Virus record (IMG/VR): IMGVR_UViG_3300014720_000001
Location: 140,622 to 204,621 of that record
Length of the DNA: 64,000 bases
Strand: one strand, 5' to 3'
Below, in pieces: positions 55,042-63,626 of this stretch. Below the pieces are notes generated by a model, which saw only the letters and a program-made list of their open reading frames with translations, made no database searches and was not told the DNA's origin. The position numbers and the translations under genes were made by a program. How positions within the stretch are numbered: position 1 is the stretch's first letter; every line of letters begins with the position of its first letter.

Positions 55042-55545
55042 TCAGTAGGAGGCGTAAACGGTGCAGGGCTTTCCGGTTTGTCGTTCTTTCTCTTCTGCGA
55101 GCGCGACAAAATCTCTAAACGACTTGACCACGCGTTCGACGTGTTCGCTGTCTTCGCCGTATAGCCTACGCTGGCGTTCGCGCACTGCTTCTTCTACGGT
55201 CATAGGGCGCGTGTTGTCGCTCTGGATGCCGCCGCCGGATACGATTTCGGCGCCGGTGTCTTGAATCATACCGACGAGCATTTGCGCAAGCTGGTGACCT
55301 TCGCCAGTCATTGCGGGCTCAGTGACGTGCGTTAGCCGCTCGCGCATAATTTCAGCCGGGATCTGCGCGCGGCAGTCCTCAGCCTCGAATGCTTCGCGGA
55401 CAAGGATGCGGGTGGCGTACGGCCCGCCGTGATAGGCTTCGCGCAGGTAACCCACGTTGCCCGACGTGATGGAGAAACCAGTTGCCTGCGCGCTTTTCTC
55501 CTCTTCTTCCATTCCGTCCCATTCCAGATAGATATCAATACCCAT
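55042..55545 (-). CDS. hypothetical phage protein
   Basis: MGIDIYL...GYLREAYHGG...ASY. Confidence 0.75.
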   Translation of the reverse strand: MGIDIYLEWDGMEEEEKSAQATGFSITSGNVGYLREAYHGGPYATRILVREAFEAEDCRAQIPAEIMRERLTHVTEPAMTGEGHQLAQMLVGMIQDTGAEIVSGGGIQSDNTRPMTVEEAVRERQRRLYGEDSEHVERVVKSFRDFVALAEEKERQTGKPCTVYASY

Positions 55546-55775
55546 TACTTGCGTGCCTTTTGCTGCTTGAGTGCGGCGGTCCAGCCAGCTTTGTCGGTCT
55601 CGGCGGCCGCGATTGACGAGTTACTGCTTGTACCCAGCTTGACAATCTTTTTGTTGTCGCACTTACCGAGTCCGTCCGCAGTTAGCGCAATGCTCTCTGC
55701 CGTCTCGCGGTCCGGGGCCATAACTACGTATTGCGTGCTAGCACTCTGCGAAATGTCGATGTGGAAATAAGGCAT
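55545..55775 (-). CDS. hypothetical protein
   Basis: Start MPYFHI with GGAG. Confidence 0.6.
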   Translation of the reverse strand: MPYFHIDISQSASTQYVVMAPDRETAESIALTADGLGKCDNKKIVKLGTSSNSSIAAAETDKAGWTAALKQQKARK

Positions 55776-55794
55776 GGTTGCTCCAGTTAAATGA

Positions 55795-55836
55795 GGAGGG
55801 CGCCGGGGCCGAAACCCCGACGCCCTCCATGGCGTC
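55795..55836 (-). promoter_or_regulatory. overlapping hairpins: CsrA-type AUGGA loop versus terminator-like stem
   Basis: GACGCC-ATGGAG-GGCGTC overlaps GGAGGGCG.CGGGG/CCCCG.CGCCCTCC. Confidence 0.4.
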
Positions 55837-55862
55837 AAAAGTCGTTACCTAGGACCGGTAGT

Positions 55863-56192
55863 TCACCGGCAGCCGCAGCTGCCGCGGCAGGCACGGCCGG
55901 CACGGACAACCCGCACCGGAGCCGCCACGACGCGCACGGGCACTTCGACCACAGCGCGAGTGACGGTACGCGTCCGCTCAACCGTGCGGCCGAACAGACC
56001 AGCGCGGCACGAGCTGCGGGACGAGCTTTCCGTGCAGCAGGTGCCTTCGGCGCAGGCCGTGGCGGGCTCCGCAGCGATAGCCGGCGCAGCCGGTACAGGC
56101 TGCTTTAGCACGCTCTGCGGCTCACCGGCATCGCCAGCGAAAGCAACGGACGAAACGAACGCCAGAACCACCGCAACAAAACAAGACTTCAT
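55863..56192 (-). CDS. secreted Cys/Arg-rich small protein
   Basis: Signal peptide MKSCFVAVVLAFVSSVAFA; AAGGAG RBS. Confidence 0.75.
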   Translation of the reverse strand: MKSCFVAVVLAFVSSVAFAGDAGEPQSVLKQPVPAAPAIAAEPATACAEGTCCTESSSRSSCRAGLFGRTVERTRTVTRAVVEVPVRVVAAPVRVVRAGRACRGSCGCR

Positions 56193-56261
56193 GTCAGTCT
56201 CCTTGAACTACCGAACGAATACCGCGACACGCGTCGCGGCAACCCACTCGGCTACACTACT

Positions 56262-56289
56262 TGTATAACCGCGTAGGATTTGATTGCAA
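56262..56289 (-). promoter_or_regulatory. possible sigma70-like promoter
   Basis: TTGCAA-16 nt-TATACA in an intergenic region. Confidence 0.3.
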
Positions 56290-56338
56290 CCCCAAAAATC
56301 CACGTGGATTATGGGGAGTTTTGGCAAAATACGTAGCG

Positions 56339-56605
56339 CTATTCGCGAACTACGTGCACGTTGTACCAGCGCATTTTGTCGTTTAACCATTTCGCCTCGG
56401 CGGCGAGGGCGTCGGCTCGCGACTTAAACCCGTTGAACAGCGGACCGCCGACAGGCGCAAGATCCGCGATCCATTCGCCGGGTTTGGTCGCATCTGGTTC
56501 AACGTGGCTCGCGCGTTTGATATCCAATACGCCGAGCGCTTTCAAATCAATCTCTTCGCCGTAAAGGCACTGGGCTGCGCCGTTAGGCCGCACATAGATT
56601 TGCAT
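56339..56605 (-). CDS. conserved small protein of AAA/DUF1257 loci
   Basis: Y.E.IDL..LG...I.RASHVEP...W.ADL.PV.GP. Confidence 0.75.
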   Translation of the reverse strand: MQIYVRPNGAAQCLYGEEIDLKALGVLDIKRASHVEPDATKPGEWIADLAPVGGPLFNGFKSRADALAAEAKWLNDKMRWYNVHVVRE

Positions 56606-56612
56606 GGGCGCC

Positions 56613-57614
56613 TCACATCGATATTAGACGGCGGGTCGGGACCAGTTCATTCATGTTTACAGGCGGCCGGGCGTTTGCGGCGGCTGGGGGTCGGTACAGG
56701 TTCTGCTGCCGCTGGTCTGCGCGCGACACATTAAACGCGTTGAACTGGTCGATCCGGTCGATAAACGTGTTGGCAAACAACGCCTGCTCATGTGTGTCAA
56801 GGCGCACGTATCGCCCGAGCGAGGAGTCGTGCTGCGGACGGAAAATGATATGACCACCAGCAACAACGCTGTGCCCGCAGAACGCGATGAGTGCGTTGAT
56901 CTGGTCTGAGTTTGCGATGATCGCGTAGTCAACGACTTTGAGTCGCGACAACTCAACAGTTGGGTCATCGTCATGACGCGAGTAGATTGACACTTGCATT
57001 AGCTTGCTGCCAATCACCTGTGCTTTTCCGGCTACTGTTATGAAACCGCGCAACGACGAACTACTTACCTGCGCCTCGCCGCCAATGTAGGACATGCCCT
57101 CTATCGCCACTTGAATCGCGATTGCTCGACCCGCAATTCCGCTCTGTCCGCGAACGGTGCAACTGACAACGCGCGCCGAGTCACGAACAAACGTTTCGTC
57201 GTAAAGATTGGTAGATCCTGACACCGAGCCGCCGTACACGCGCGCGTTGCTCCACAGCTGGGAATCTTCGCTGACGAGGCCGCGGCCGCTAACGATAGCG
57301 TTATTTCGCACCCGCACGTTGTCGCGCACGACAGCGTTTCCGCATACATGCGAGCGGTCCATGACGCTGACTCGGCCCTCTACGGTGGCGTTGTGGTACA
57401 CCTGCGCCCACTTAGTAACTAATACAGAATCAGCCACTTTTGCTGTGTCGGCTACCCAGCCGTTACCGTTTACATGTCGGTGCGCAAACACGCGACCGCG
57501 CCCGTCTTTGAAATCATGTTTGGACGCCCGCTTCTTTCTTGGTTTGACAGCGGGCGCCACGGCCGCCGGCGCGTCTAATACGCCGACGGCTTCGTCTTTC
57601 TGTTCCTCCATCAC
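56613..57614 (-). CDS. left-handed beta-helix (hexapeptide repeat) protein
   Basis: GWVADTAKV and repeated V..NA.V hexads. Confidence 0.75.
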   Translation of the reverse strand: MMEEQKDEAVGVLDAPAAVAPAVKPRKKRASKHDFKDGRGRVFAHRHVNGNGWVADTAKVADSVLVTKWAQVYHNATVEGRVSVMDRSHVCGNAVVRDNVRVRNNAIVSGRGLVSEDSQLWSNARVYGGSVSGSTNLYDETFVRDSARVVSCTVRGQSGIAGRAIAIQVAIEGMSYIGGEAQVSSSSLRGFITVAGKAQVIGSKLMQVSIYSRHDDDPTVELSRLKVVDYAIIANSDQINALIAFCGHSVVAGGHIIFRPQHDSSLGRYVRLDTHEQALFANTFIDRIDQFNAFNVSRADQRQQNLYRPPAAANARPPVNMNELVPTRRLISM

Positions 57615-58558
57615 GACTCCATAGGAAGGACACGACGCCGCGGGGCGTTCGTGATCAGGTTGTCCAGCGCGGTCTTGACCTCACCCATCTGGTGGGTCAG
57701 ATTCTGCCGCAAGTTGGTGTTTTTGCGCAGATCTTTCACGTCGACACCCGAAACAATGTCAGTCGCGCGCTGGATTAAGTTATCAAGCTGCGCATTGGAT
57801 CGAACGTTCATGCTGCGGAAGTTATCGTAGAACTCTTTGAAGTTCTCGATAGCCGACGCCTTGAACGTCTTCTTGGTACCATCCGGCTCATCTGTCAGTC
57901 GCTCGATCAGGTGCGAGATCATGTCTTGCAGCTGCTCGGCAAACGCGTTCTCGGCCATGACCACAGCGGTCTCGAACCGGTGCTGTACGCGCTGCTGCTC
58001 CTGCTGGTACAGCTCGGGATTGAACGTCATGAGATAGTTTGGCGGGTCAACCGGCGGGTACTCCCACCGCAGGTCAAACACGCCCTCCAGCGACGCCGGG
58101 TAGTCGCTCGGGTTGTATAAATCGCCCAGCTTTTCGCGGGCGGCGACCTTGATTGCTTCGTACTCCAGCTGCAGGTTTGCAGCAGCAGCCACTAGCTGTT
58201 CTTTGTATTCGCGCATCCGTTCCTCAAACGCGCCGATGTCGGACTGTTTGATGAGGCGAACGCCTTCCTGCGGATACGGCAGCGTCATGGAACGCCAGTA
58301 CGCCGAAGCCTGACTCTTGAGCGTGGTCAGTACGCGATAGGTCGTATTTTTTGTATCAATCAGGCGCTTAGACGCGGTGACCAGATCGGTAGCGGCGTGA
58401 AACGTGTCAGCTGCCTGCTTGGTCTGCGCGTCCGAAAGCTTGCGCTGCGTCCCTAGCCACGAGAACGACAGCTTGACCGCGCCCATCGTCTGGCGCAGCT
58501 CGCTAGCTGTCTGTTCAACTGTCGTGTTTTCTTCGGGCGTTGTGTCGGCTGTAGACAT
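57611..58558 (-). CDS. DUF3150-like protein
   Basis: ASKRLID, TLPY...GVRL, LGDLYN..DYP; typical neighbour of this AAA module. Confidence 0.6.
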   Translation of the reverse strand: MSTADTTPEENTTVEQTASELRQTMGAVKLSFSWLGTQRKLSDAQTKQAADTFHAATDLVTASKRLIDTKNTTYRVLTTLKSQASAYWRSMTLPYPQEGVRLIKQSDIGAFEERMREYKEQLVAAAANLQLEYEAIKVAAREKLGDLYNPSDYPASLEGVFDLRWEYPPVDPPNYLMTFNPELYQQEQQRVQHRFETAVVMAENAFAEQLQDMISHLIERLTDEPDGTKKTFKASAIENFKEFYDNFRSMNVRSNAQLDNLIQRATDIVSGVDVKDLRKNTNLRQNLTHQMGEVKTALDNLITNAPRRRVLPMES

Positions 58559-59158
58559 TCAGTCTCCTTCTTCGTCTGTGTCGAGTTCGTCTTCAATTGT
58601 TTGTTCCACCCACTCGTTAATTGCAAACGCTTTAATGAGATCTGGCGGTAATTTTGCCAGCTCATCAAAATTGCTTGGCACGCTAAACTCTGTAACTTTT
58701 CCGTTTTGGTAAATACCACAAAACCCTACGCCCGGCTCAAAGCAGTAGGCTGTGATATCAAAACCTTCAACGGTCCGCAGGTGGTTATAGAACTCAATTG
58801 GGGGCGACCACGCAGAATCAAATACCAGCGTGAGTCTTTTGGCTTGTGCCGGGAGCCGCCGCAACGGATGATCCTTCTCGCGCCCGACGTCCCACTTTGT
58901 TCCCCAATTACCGATCTGCCATTCGTACCAGTTTCTAGCTCCGTACAACTCAACGTTTTGTCGCTCTTGCGTTTCTAGTGCAAGCTGCGCCGCTGAGCCA
59001 TCAGCTCCTGCGCGGCCGGCGACCGTTGCTTTTAACTCTTCTGGGCACGGCAGAAACGTGCCCATTAGACAACCACTGTTCCATGCACGCACTAACTTGT
59101 GCAATTGCTGCGGGTCGGTGTGTTTAAACGTAACTTTGTTGGCGCACCAGTTAGGCAT
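58559..59158 (-). CDS. DUF1281/Api92-like protein
   Basis: MPNWC.N, WY.W...NWGTKWD, FDSAWSPP, EPG..FCG. Confidence 0.75.
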   Translation of the reverse strand: MPNWCANKVTFKHTDPQQLHKLVRAWNSGCLMGTFLPCPEELKATVAGRAGADGSAAQLALETQERQNVELYGARNWYEWQIGNWGTKWDVGREKDHPLRRLPAQAKRLTLVFDSAWSPPIEFYNHLRTVEGFDITAYCFEPGVGFCGIYQNGKVTEFSVPSNFDELAKLPPDLIKAFAINEWVEQTIEDELDTDEEGD

Positions 59159-59179
59159 TGTGTTGGCCCGCAATCCGCA

Positions 59180-59205
59180 GCTGCGGGGCAGTGACGCCCC
59201 GCAGC
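59180..59205 (-). other. intergenic 10-bp hairpin after the AAA gene
   Basis: GCTGCGGGGC / GCCCCGCAGC. Confidence 0.45.
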
Positions 59206-59222
59206 CGCAGTATTGCTAGCAC

Positions 59223-60707
59223 TTAGCCCTTTGCCGGCGCGGCGACGCGACGGGGACGCTGACCGACGACGGCCGGCTTGCCAACACGCGTATAAATACC
59301 GCGGTTGTCAGCCGACAGGCAACGACCTTCGGCCCAGCCACGCAGACGCTCGATCTGCTCGGCAGACGTCACCGAAATCGGCACGACATTCTGCGCAGCT
59401 TCTACCAGCGGGATATCAAGCAGCGCAGCGAGCCTGCAGCACGACTTGATCTCGGCGCCGGTCCAGTTGGCGTCATCCGGCTTTTCCTGCGACTCATCCA
59501 CGCCGAAGTGCTTCAGGTAAATATCCCAGATCGCGGCGCGCTGTTCAGCGCCGGGCAGATCCACGAAGAAGATACCGTCGAAGCGCTCGGCACGGGCGAA
59601 CGGCGCCGGCAGTTGGCTGGCGTCGTTGCAGGTGCCGATGAAGAACACGTCGGACGTGTGGTCGTTGAGCCACGTCAGCAGCGTACCGAACAGGCGCGCC
59701 GAGACACCAGAGTCCGTCTGGCCAGAGCTTCCGACGCCGGCAAGACCCTTCTCGATCTCGTCGACGAACAGCACGCACGGGGCCATGGCGTCGACCTGCT
59801 TGAGCGCGCGCCGCATGTTACCCTCGGACTCGCCCACGAACTTGCCCATGAGCGAACCGAAATCCAGCATTACGGTCGGACGGCCGACCTCGTTGCCAAG
59901 TGCTTTGGCAAACTGCGACTTGCCGCAACCCGGAGGCGACAGCAGTAGCACGCCCTTGGGGCGCTTTTCTACGTTGGTCTCACCCTGACGCCGCATGGCG
60001 CGCAGGCAGAAACTCTTTAAGTTTTCGAGACCACCAAGGTTCTCGAAGTTAGCGTCGCCGCGGTACAGCGTCATAGTACCGCTCTTTTCGAGCGTCTGGG
60101 CCTTGATACCCCAGATCGTGTCCGGCGACAGTTTGTTATTGCGTACCAGCGACAGCGCAAAGGCGTTCTCCGCCTCCTGCCGCGTCAAGCCGCGCGAGGC
60201 GTCTACAACGGCGGCAACGTCCTGCTCCGTCGGTTTGGCGAACGGCGAGCCGTCCGGGAACAGCTCGTTGCAGACCGTGGTCAGCTGCGGGAGATCCGGC
60301 AGCTCGTGATGCACTACCGTGAACAGCTTCTCAACCTCGGGCTGCAGCTGCAGCACCGGCGCCACGATAATGATATGTTTGCCCTCGCCCTTGCCCTGCA
60401 CCACGCGGTTGGCCAGAGCCTGCAGCACCTCGGGGTTGCCAAGGAAGCGGTGGAAGTTCTTCAGGACGAGCAGCATCGGCTGCTTGGGCTGCGGCTGGTC
60501 AAGAAACCGCAGCGCCTGAAGCGGGCCGGGAGCCGGAGCGGCACCCGAATACAGCTGGCGGTCGATGTCCCACACATCGAAACCCCATTCCTTCTCTTCA
60601 GTTACGCGGCGAATCGACGCAATCGCGTCATCGCACTCCTGTGATTCAACCCAGATGCCGGAGAAGCCGGCGCAAACCAGCTCCTTGATTTCTTTTTCGA
60701 GCGACAC
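59223..60707 (-). CDS. Ycf46-like AAA+ ATPase
   Basis: SPPGCGKS, FVDEIEK, RAERFD, WTGAEI; degenerate N-terminal AAA (LKNFHRFL). Confidence 0.9.
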   Translation of the reverse strand: MSLEKEIKELVCAGFSGIWVESQECDDAIASIRRVTEEKEWGFDVWDIDRQLYSGAAPAPGPLQALRFLDQPQPKQPMLLVLKNFHRFLGNPEVLQALANRVVQGKGEGKHIIIVAPVLQLQPEVEKLFTVVHHELPDLPQLTTVCNELFPDGSPFAKPTEQDVAAVVDASRGLTRQEAENAFALSLVRNNKLSPDTIWGIKAQTLEKSGTMTLYRGDANFENLGGLENLKSFCLRAMRRQGETNVEKRPKGVLLLSPPGCGKSQFAKALGNEVGRPTVMLDFGSLMGKFVGESEGNMRRALKQVDAMAPCVLFVDEIEKGLAGVGSSGQTDSGVSARLFGTLLTWLNDHTSDVFFIGTCNDASQLPAPFARAERFDGIFFVDLPGAEQRAAIWDIYLKHFGVDESQEKPDDANWTGAEIKSCCRLAALLDIPLVEAAQNVVPISVTSAEQIERLRGWAEGRCLSADNRGIYTRVGKPAVVGQRPRRVAAPAKG

Positions 60708-60746
60708 GTGTGACCCTTGGTTTTGTTTGGAAAAGACCCGCTATTG

Positions 60747-60938
60747 TCAGTTGCTTTCAGCGATCTGCTCATCATTTCTGGCGGCGTAAAACTCGCCTGT
60801 CAGCTGCTCATCAACCTTCGCGCCCAGCGCCTGCTCCAGCGCGCGGGTCGCATCCTGACAAGAGCTGCCCGTAAAGCCGCTCGTTTCGATCTTGGTGCCG
60901 CCCTTGGGGTCAACGATAATTTCGATGGTCTTCGACAT
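60747..60938 (-). CDS. DUF2997 family protein
   Basis: IEI.V...G...IET.GF.G.SC...T..LE.ALG...T.EFY. Confidence 0.85.
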   Translation of the reverse strand: MSKTIEIIVDPKGGTKIETSGFTGSSCQDATRALEQALGAKVDEQLTGEFYAARNDEQIAESN

Positions 60939-60940
60939 GT

Positions 60941-61306
60941 TTAGAAACCTCCCGTCAGGCTGAGTTTGACCGAACCGTCCGGCAGCATCTCCTCGAACAC
61001 CGAGTAGCCGCCCTTCTGCGCCTCATAGATCGCCTTCTCGACCGCGTACGCCTGCAGGAAATGATCCAGCTCTTCCTGCTTGCCCCACGCACCGTTGTAG
61101 TTGTCGTACGCCGCGGCGCCCGTCTCCGTGTTGAACACGGCCGGGAACTGCCACCCGGGAAGCTTTACGGCGAGACCGTCAGCCGACTGACCGGCAAACA
61201 GCACGTGATGCCCGGCCTTCGGGGCCTCAAGCCCGAGACGCTTGCAGGCCGCTTCAATCGCGGCGGCGTCTTTTACTTCCGTCTTGATCTGAACAATGTG
61301 AGACAT
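60941..61306 (-). CDS. DUF1257 family protein
   Basis: MSH...IKT...D...A...LG...QAYA...G.V.E....DGS..L. Confidence 0.85.
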   Translation of the reverse strand: MSHIVQIKTEVKDAAAIEAACKRLGLEAPKAGHHVLFAGQSADGLAVKLPGWQFPAVFNTETGAAAYDNYNGAWGKQEELDHFLQAYAVEKAIYEAQKGGYSVFEEMLPDGSVKLSLTGGF

Positions 61307-61333
61307 GCTTAGCCTCTTCTGTCCTTTGTTTGG

Positions 61334-61633
61334 TTAGGGTAGTTCTTGAAGTGCACACACAATTGTGTTTTCGAATTGTTCCGGCAGGATGTAATCATTG
61401 CCGGCAAAGTATTCCAATACGGTGACCGCTGTTTTGCGGTCATATACATCTTTAAATGCGCGCGGACCACGGGGCGTGTCCAACCGGTAATCAGTGATGT
61501 CGTGAAGCGTCACGACTTCCGGTATAGCTAGTACGTCTTTGTATTTCGTACGTAGCGCATCCAGCTCATCAAGCGCCGTTAAGATCCGCTCGCGATCGTC
61601 AGAGTAAGAACTATCGCTCGCGTAAATATTCAT
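61334..61633 (-). CDS. hypothetical protein
   Basis: 99 aa, ATGA coupling. Confidence 0.65.
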   Translation of the reverse strand: MNIYASDSSYSDDRERILTALDELDALRTKYKDVLAIPEVVTLHDITDYRLDTPRGPRAFKDVYDRKTAVTVLEYFAGNDYILPEQFENTIVCALQELP

Positions 61634-61938
61634 CTGTAAGCAACAACCTCTGCTTTGGTCTCAACCCAGACATGAGCGCCACAAGAGAGCGGGGCATCTG
61701 GGGAGTAAACAACTTGCGACGCGCCGCGTATGTCGACGCTTTTCGCCGCGTATGTTTTATTTCGCCACTTGATTGTCAGCGGCGGGACGCGCAGGTTCTG
61801 ACTTTTGTTGCTGCGAATTATGTGCTGGTTGACGTGTATACGTTTAATCGTCCCAGCCGGCATTGTCATTTCATCGGCGTCCCCCGGAAAACGCAGCGGA
61901 ATGCGGGGTTCCAACAGGCAGACGTCTTCTGTCGCCAT
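61630..61938 (-). CDS. conserved phage hypothetical protein
   Basis: IHVNQH.IR.N...VVY.PD.PLSCGA.VW.ET. Confidence 0.75.
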   Translation of the reverse strand: MATEDVCLLEPRIPLRFPGDADEMTMPAGTIKRIHVNQHIIRSNKSQNLRVPPLTIKWRNKTYAAKSVDIRGASQVVYSPDAPLSCGAHVWVETKAEVVAYR

Positions 61939-61949
61939 GGATAAAGATA

Positions 61950-62000
61950 TTTATCTGCGTCGGTGCGGTCGTCCATGACCATCACCGGACGCGGATAAAA
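61950..62000 (-). promoter_or_regulatory. long intergenic hairpin with a CsrA-type AUGGA apical loop
   Basis: TTTATCCGCGTCCGGTG..GGTC-ATGGAC-GACC..CACCGACGCAGATAAA. Confidence 0.4.
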
Positions 62001-62006
62001 ACAGGC

Positions 62007-62852
62007 TTACGCCACGACCGAGCGCAGCTTCTTGTGCTCAGTCAGGATCTCGTCGGCTTTGTCGTAGCAACCGTCGCAGGCCGCCAGAAACGCCGTCGCG
62101 GCCTTGAGCTGGTCCATCGGCAGCGTCGTCGAACCAGACAGGCTCTTGGCGACAGGGCGCTTCGGCGCCGCCTTCGCCGGCTCGTCCTTCCGCTTGTGCC
62201 GGGCAGCGTCCCGGGTGCGCTCTTCGCCGACCGCCACCGGGGTCCGCTTACCAGACGCAACGCCAGCCTTCTTCAGCAGCTGGCTGACCTGCGCCGGGCT
62301 AACCGTCACGCGCTTCTTGGCGAGCGCCGCCACGATGTCTACGCCGCGGAGCGAATCACCAGACTCCTGCCGACGCTCGATCTCCTCGCGGATGTGATCG
62401 GCGCCGCTCTTCTTCTCGGCCATATCCTTCACCTTCCCTTTTTGGGTCTTGGTCGCTTTGGGCGCCTCGACCGGGTCATCGTCTTCGTCGGTCTCCACAG
62501 TGGAGTCGACAGCCTCGTCAGAAACGTCGTCATCGCCCTCTTCGGGTTCGTACTCGGTTTCGTCGTCGTCATCGCCAGCAGCTTCTTCATCCGTCAGCTC
62601 TGCCGCTGTCTCGCGAACATCGTCGCCGCTTTCGTCTTCGTAGTCGTCGCCGGCATAAGCAGCCTCGTCGTCGACTACGTCTTCTTCAAGCTCGGCGTCG
62701 ACATCAGCGTCAACATCTTCGTCGTCGTACTCGTCGGTCCGCATCCGTGTGACCTTCTCTTCCTTCTTTTCTTTGGGTGCCTTGCTGGTTGCGCCCGGCA
62801 GCGGTTTCCCCCACAGATTCGCCGGACTCACAAACTCTTCAGCCTTGGCCAT
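62007..62852 (-). CDS. protein with a long acidic region and a basic putative DNA-binding C-domain
   Basis: About 90 D/E-rich residues, then KSGADHIRE...DIVAAL.K..V.VSPAQVSQL; AGGAGG RBS. Confidence 0.8.
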   Translation of the reverse strand: MAKAEEFVSPANLWGKPLPGATSKAPKEKKEEKVTRMRTDEYDDEDVDADVDAELEEDVVDDEAAYAGDDYEDESGDDVRETAAELTDEEAAGDDDDETEYEPEEGDDDVSDEAVDSTVETDEDDDPVEAPKATKTQKGKVKDMAEKKSGADHIREEIERRQESGDSLRGVDIVAALAKKRVTVSPAQVSQLLKKAGVASGKRTPVAVGEERTRDAARHKRKDEPAKAAPKRPVAKSLSGSTTLPMDQLKAATAFLAACDGCYDKADEILTEHKKLRSVVA

Positions 62853-62958
62853 GTTGTCCTCTCCTATAGCGCCGCGATCGAAACATATCGATCTCCCGTG
62901 CGGCTAAATGAAAAATACACTGCCGAAAACAAAAAGCAACTAACGTGCAAAATAGCCG

Positions 62959-63321
62959 TTATTTGCTGCTTTTGTATTTGGCCGGCACGTTGCCGTCTTT
63001 ATCGCGCAGCATATCGGCGTTTAGCTCGGGCCATTTCTCTAACGAGTGAATAGCCCCGATGACATTCCACGCAGCGTGCCCGAGATGGTCTTCGCTGCGA
63101 TCGCCGTTCAAGAAGTTGTAGATGTGCGCAATGGCGTGATTCAGCAGGTCCGCTACGGGCATGCCGTTCTCCCAGTTGTACGGACCAAATTTTTCGGCGC
63201 CTTCGTGATAGGTTTGAGCTAGCGCGCGCAAACCAATCGGCGAGATTAGATCGTAGCGCACGGCGTCGCAATCGGCACTGCGCACGGCGCCTGTGTTGTA
63301 CTCGTGCCGTTCGTTGCTCAT
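62959..63321 (-). CDS. dATP/dGTP diphosphohydrolase-like (DUF5664) protein
   Basis: TGAVR, RYDLISP, GAEK.G..NWE.GMP, GDRSEDHL.HAAWN. Confidence 0.8.
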   Translation of the reverse strand: MSNERHEYNTGAVRSADCDAVRYDLISPIGLRALAQTYHEGAEKFGPYNWENGMPVADLLNHAIAHIYNFLNGDRSEDHLGHAAWNVIGAIHSLEKWPELNADMLRDKDGNVPAKYKSSK

Positions 63322-63626
63322 TTGCAGGGTCCTTCCGGTCTAAATGCAAAGTAGAATCGCGGATCATCGTTGAAGGCTACAGTTCCGCGCGCCCCGTCTG
63401 ACTTGCGAATCACGTGGACGTATGGCGGATCAAAATGCGACACCTCAAACGTGTCCATGAGTTGTTCGCTATTCCAGACCTGCTCGTTGCACTGTCCTTC
63501 AAGAACTGCGCGTATCTCGTCTGGGCCCCGTAGCTCTAATTGTTCTTTGATAACATTGCGCAGCATTACGTGCCCAAGGTCATCTAACGGAACATCGGTT
63601 ACGAGATCTTTAACTTTGTTGGGCAT
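63318..63626 (-). CDS. hypothetical phage protein
   Basis: Start MPNKVK; FEV..F..PYV.V.RKSDG.RG...F...PRFYF. Confidence 0.7.
   Translation of the reverse strand: MPNKVKDLVTDVPLDDLGHVMLRNVIKEQLELRGPDEIRAVLEGQCNEQVWNSEQLMDTFEVSHFDPPYVHVIRKSDGARGTVAFNDDPRFYFAFRPEGPCK

Noticed and set aside
61863-63053. 396-aa plus-strand ORF (also 52297-53355 and other + ORFs)
   Set aside because: Antisense to well-supported minus-strand genes; composition mirrors the sense codons
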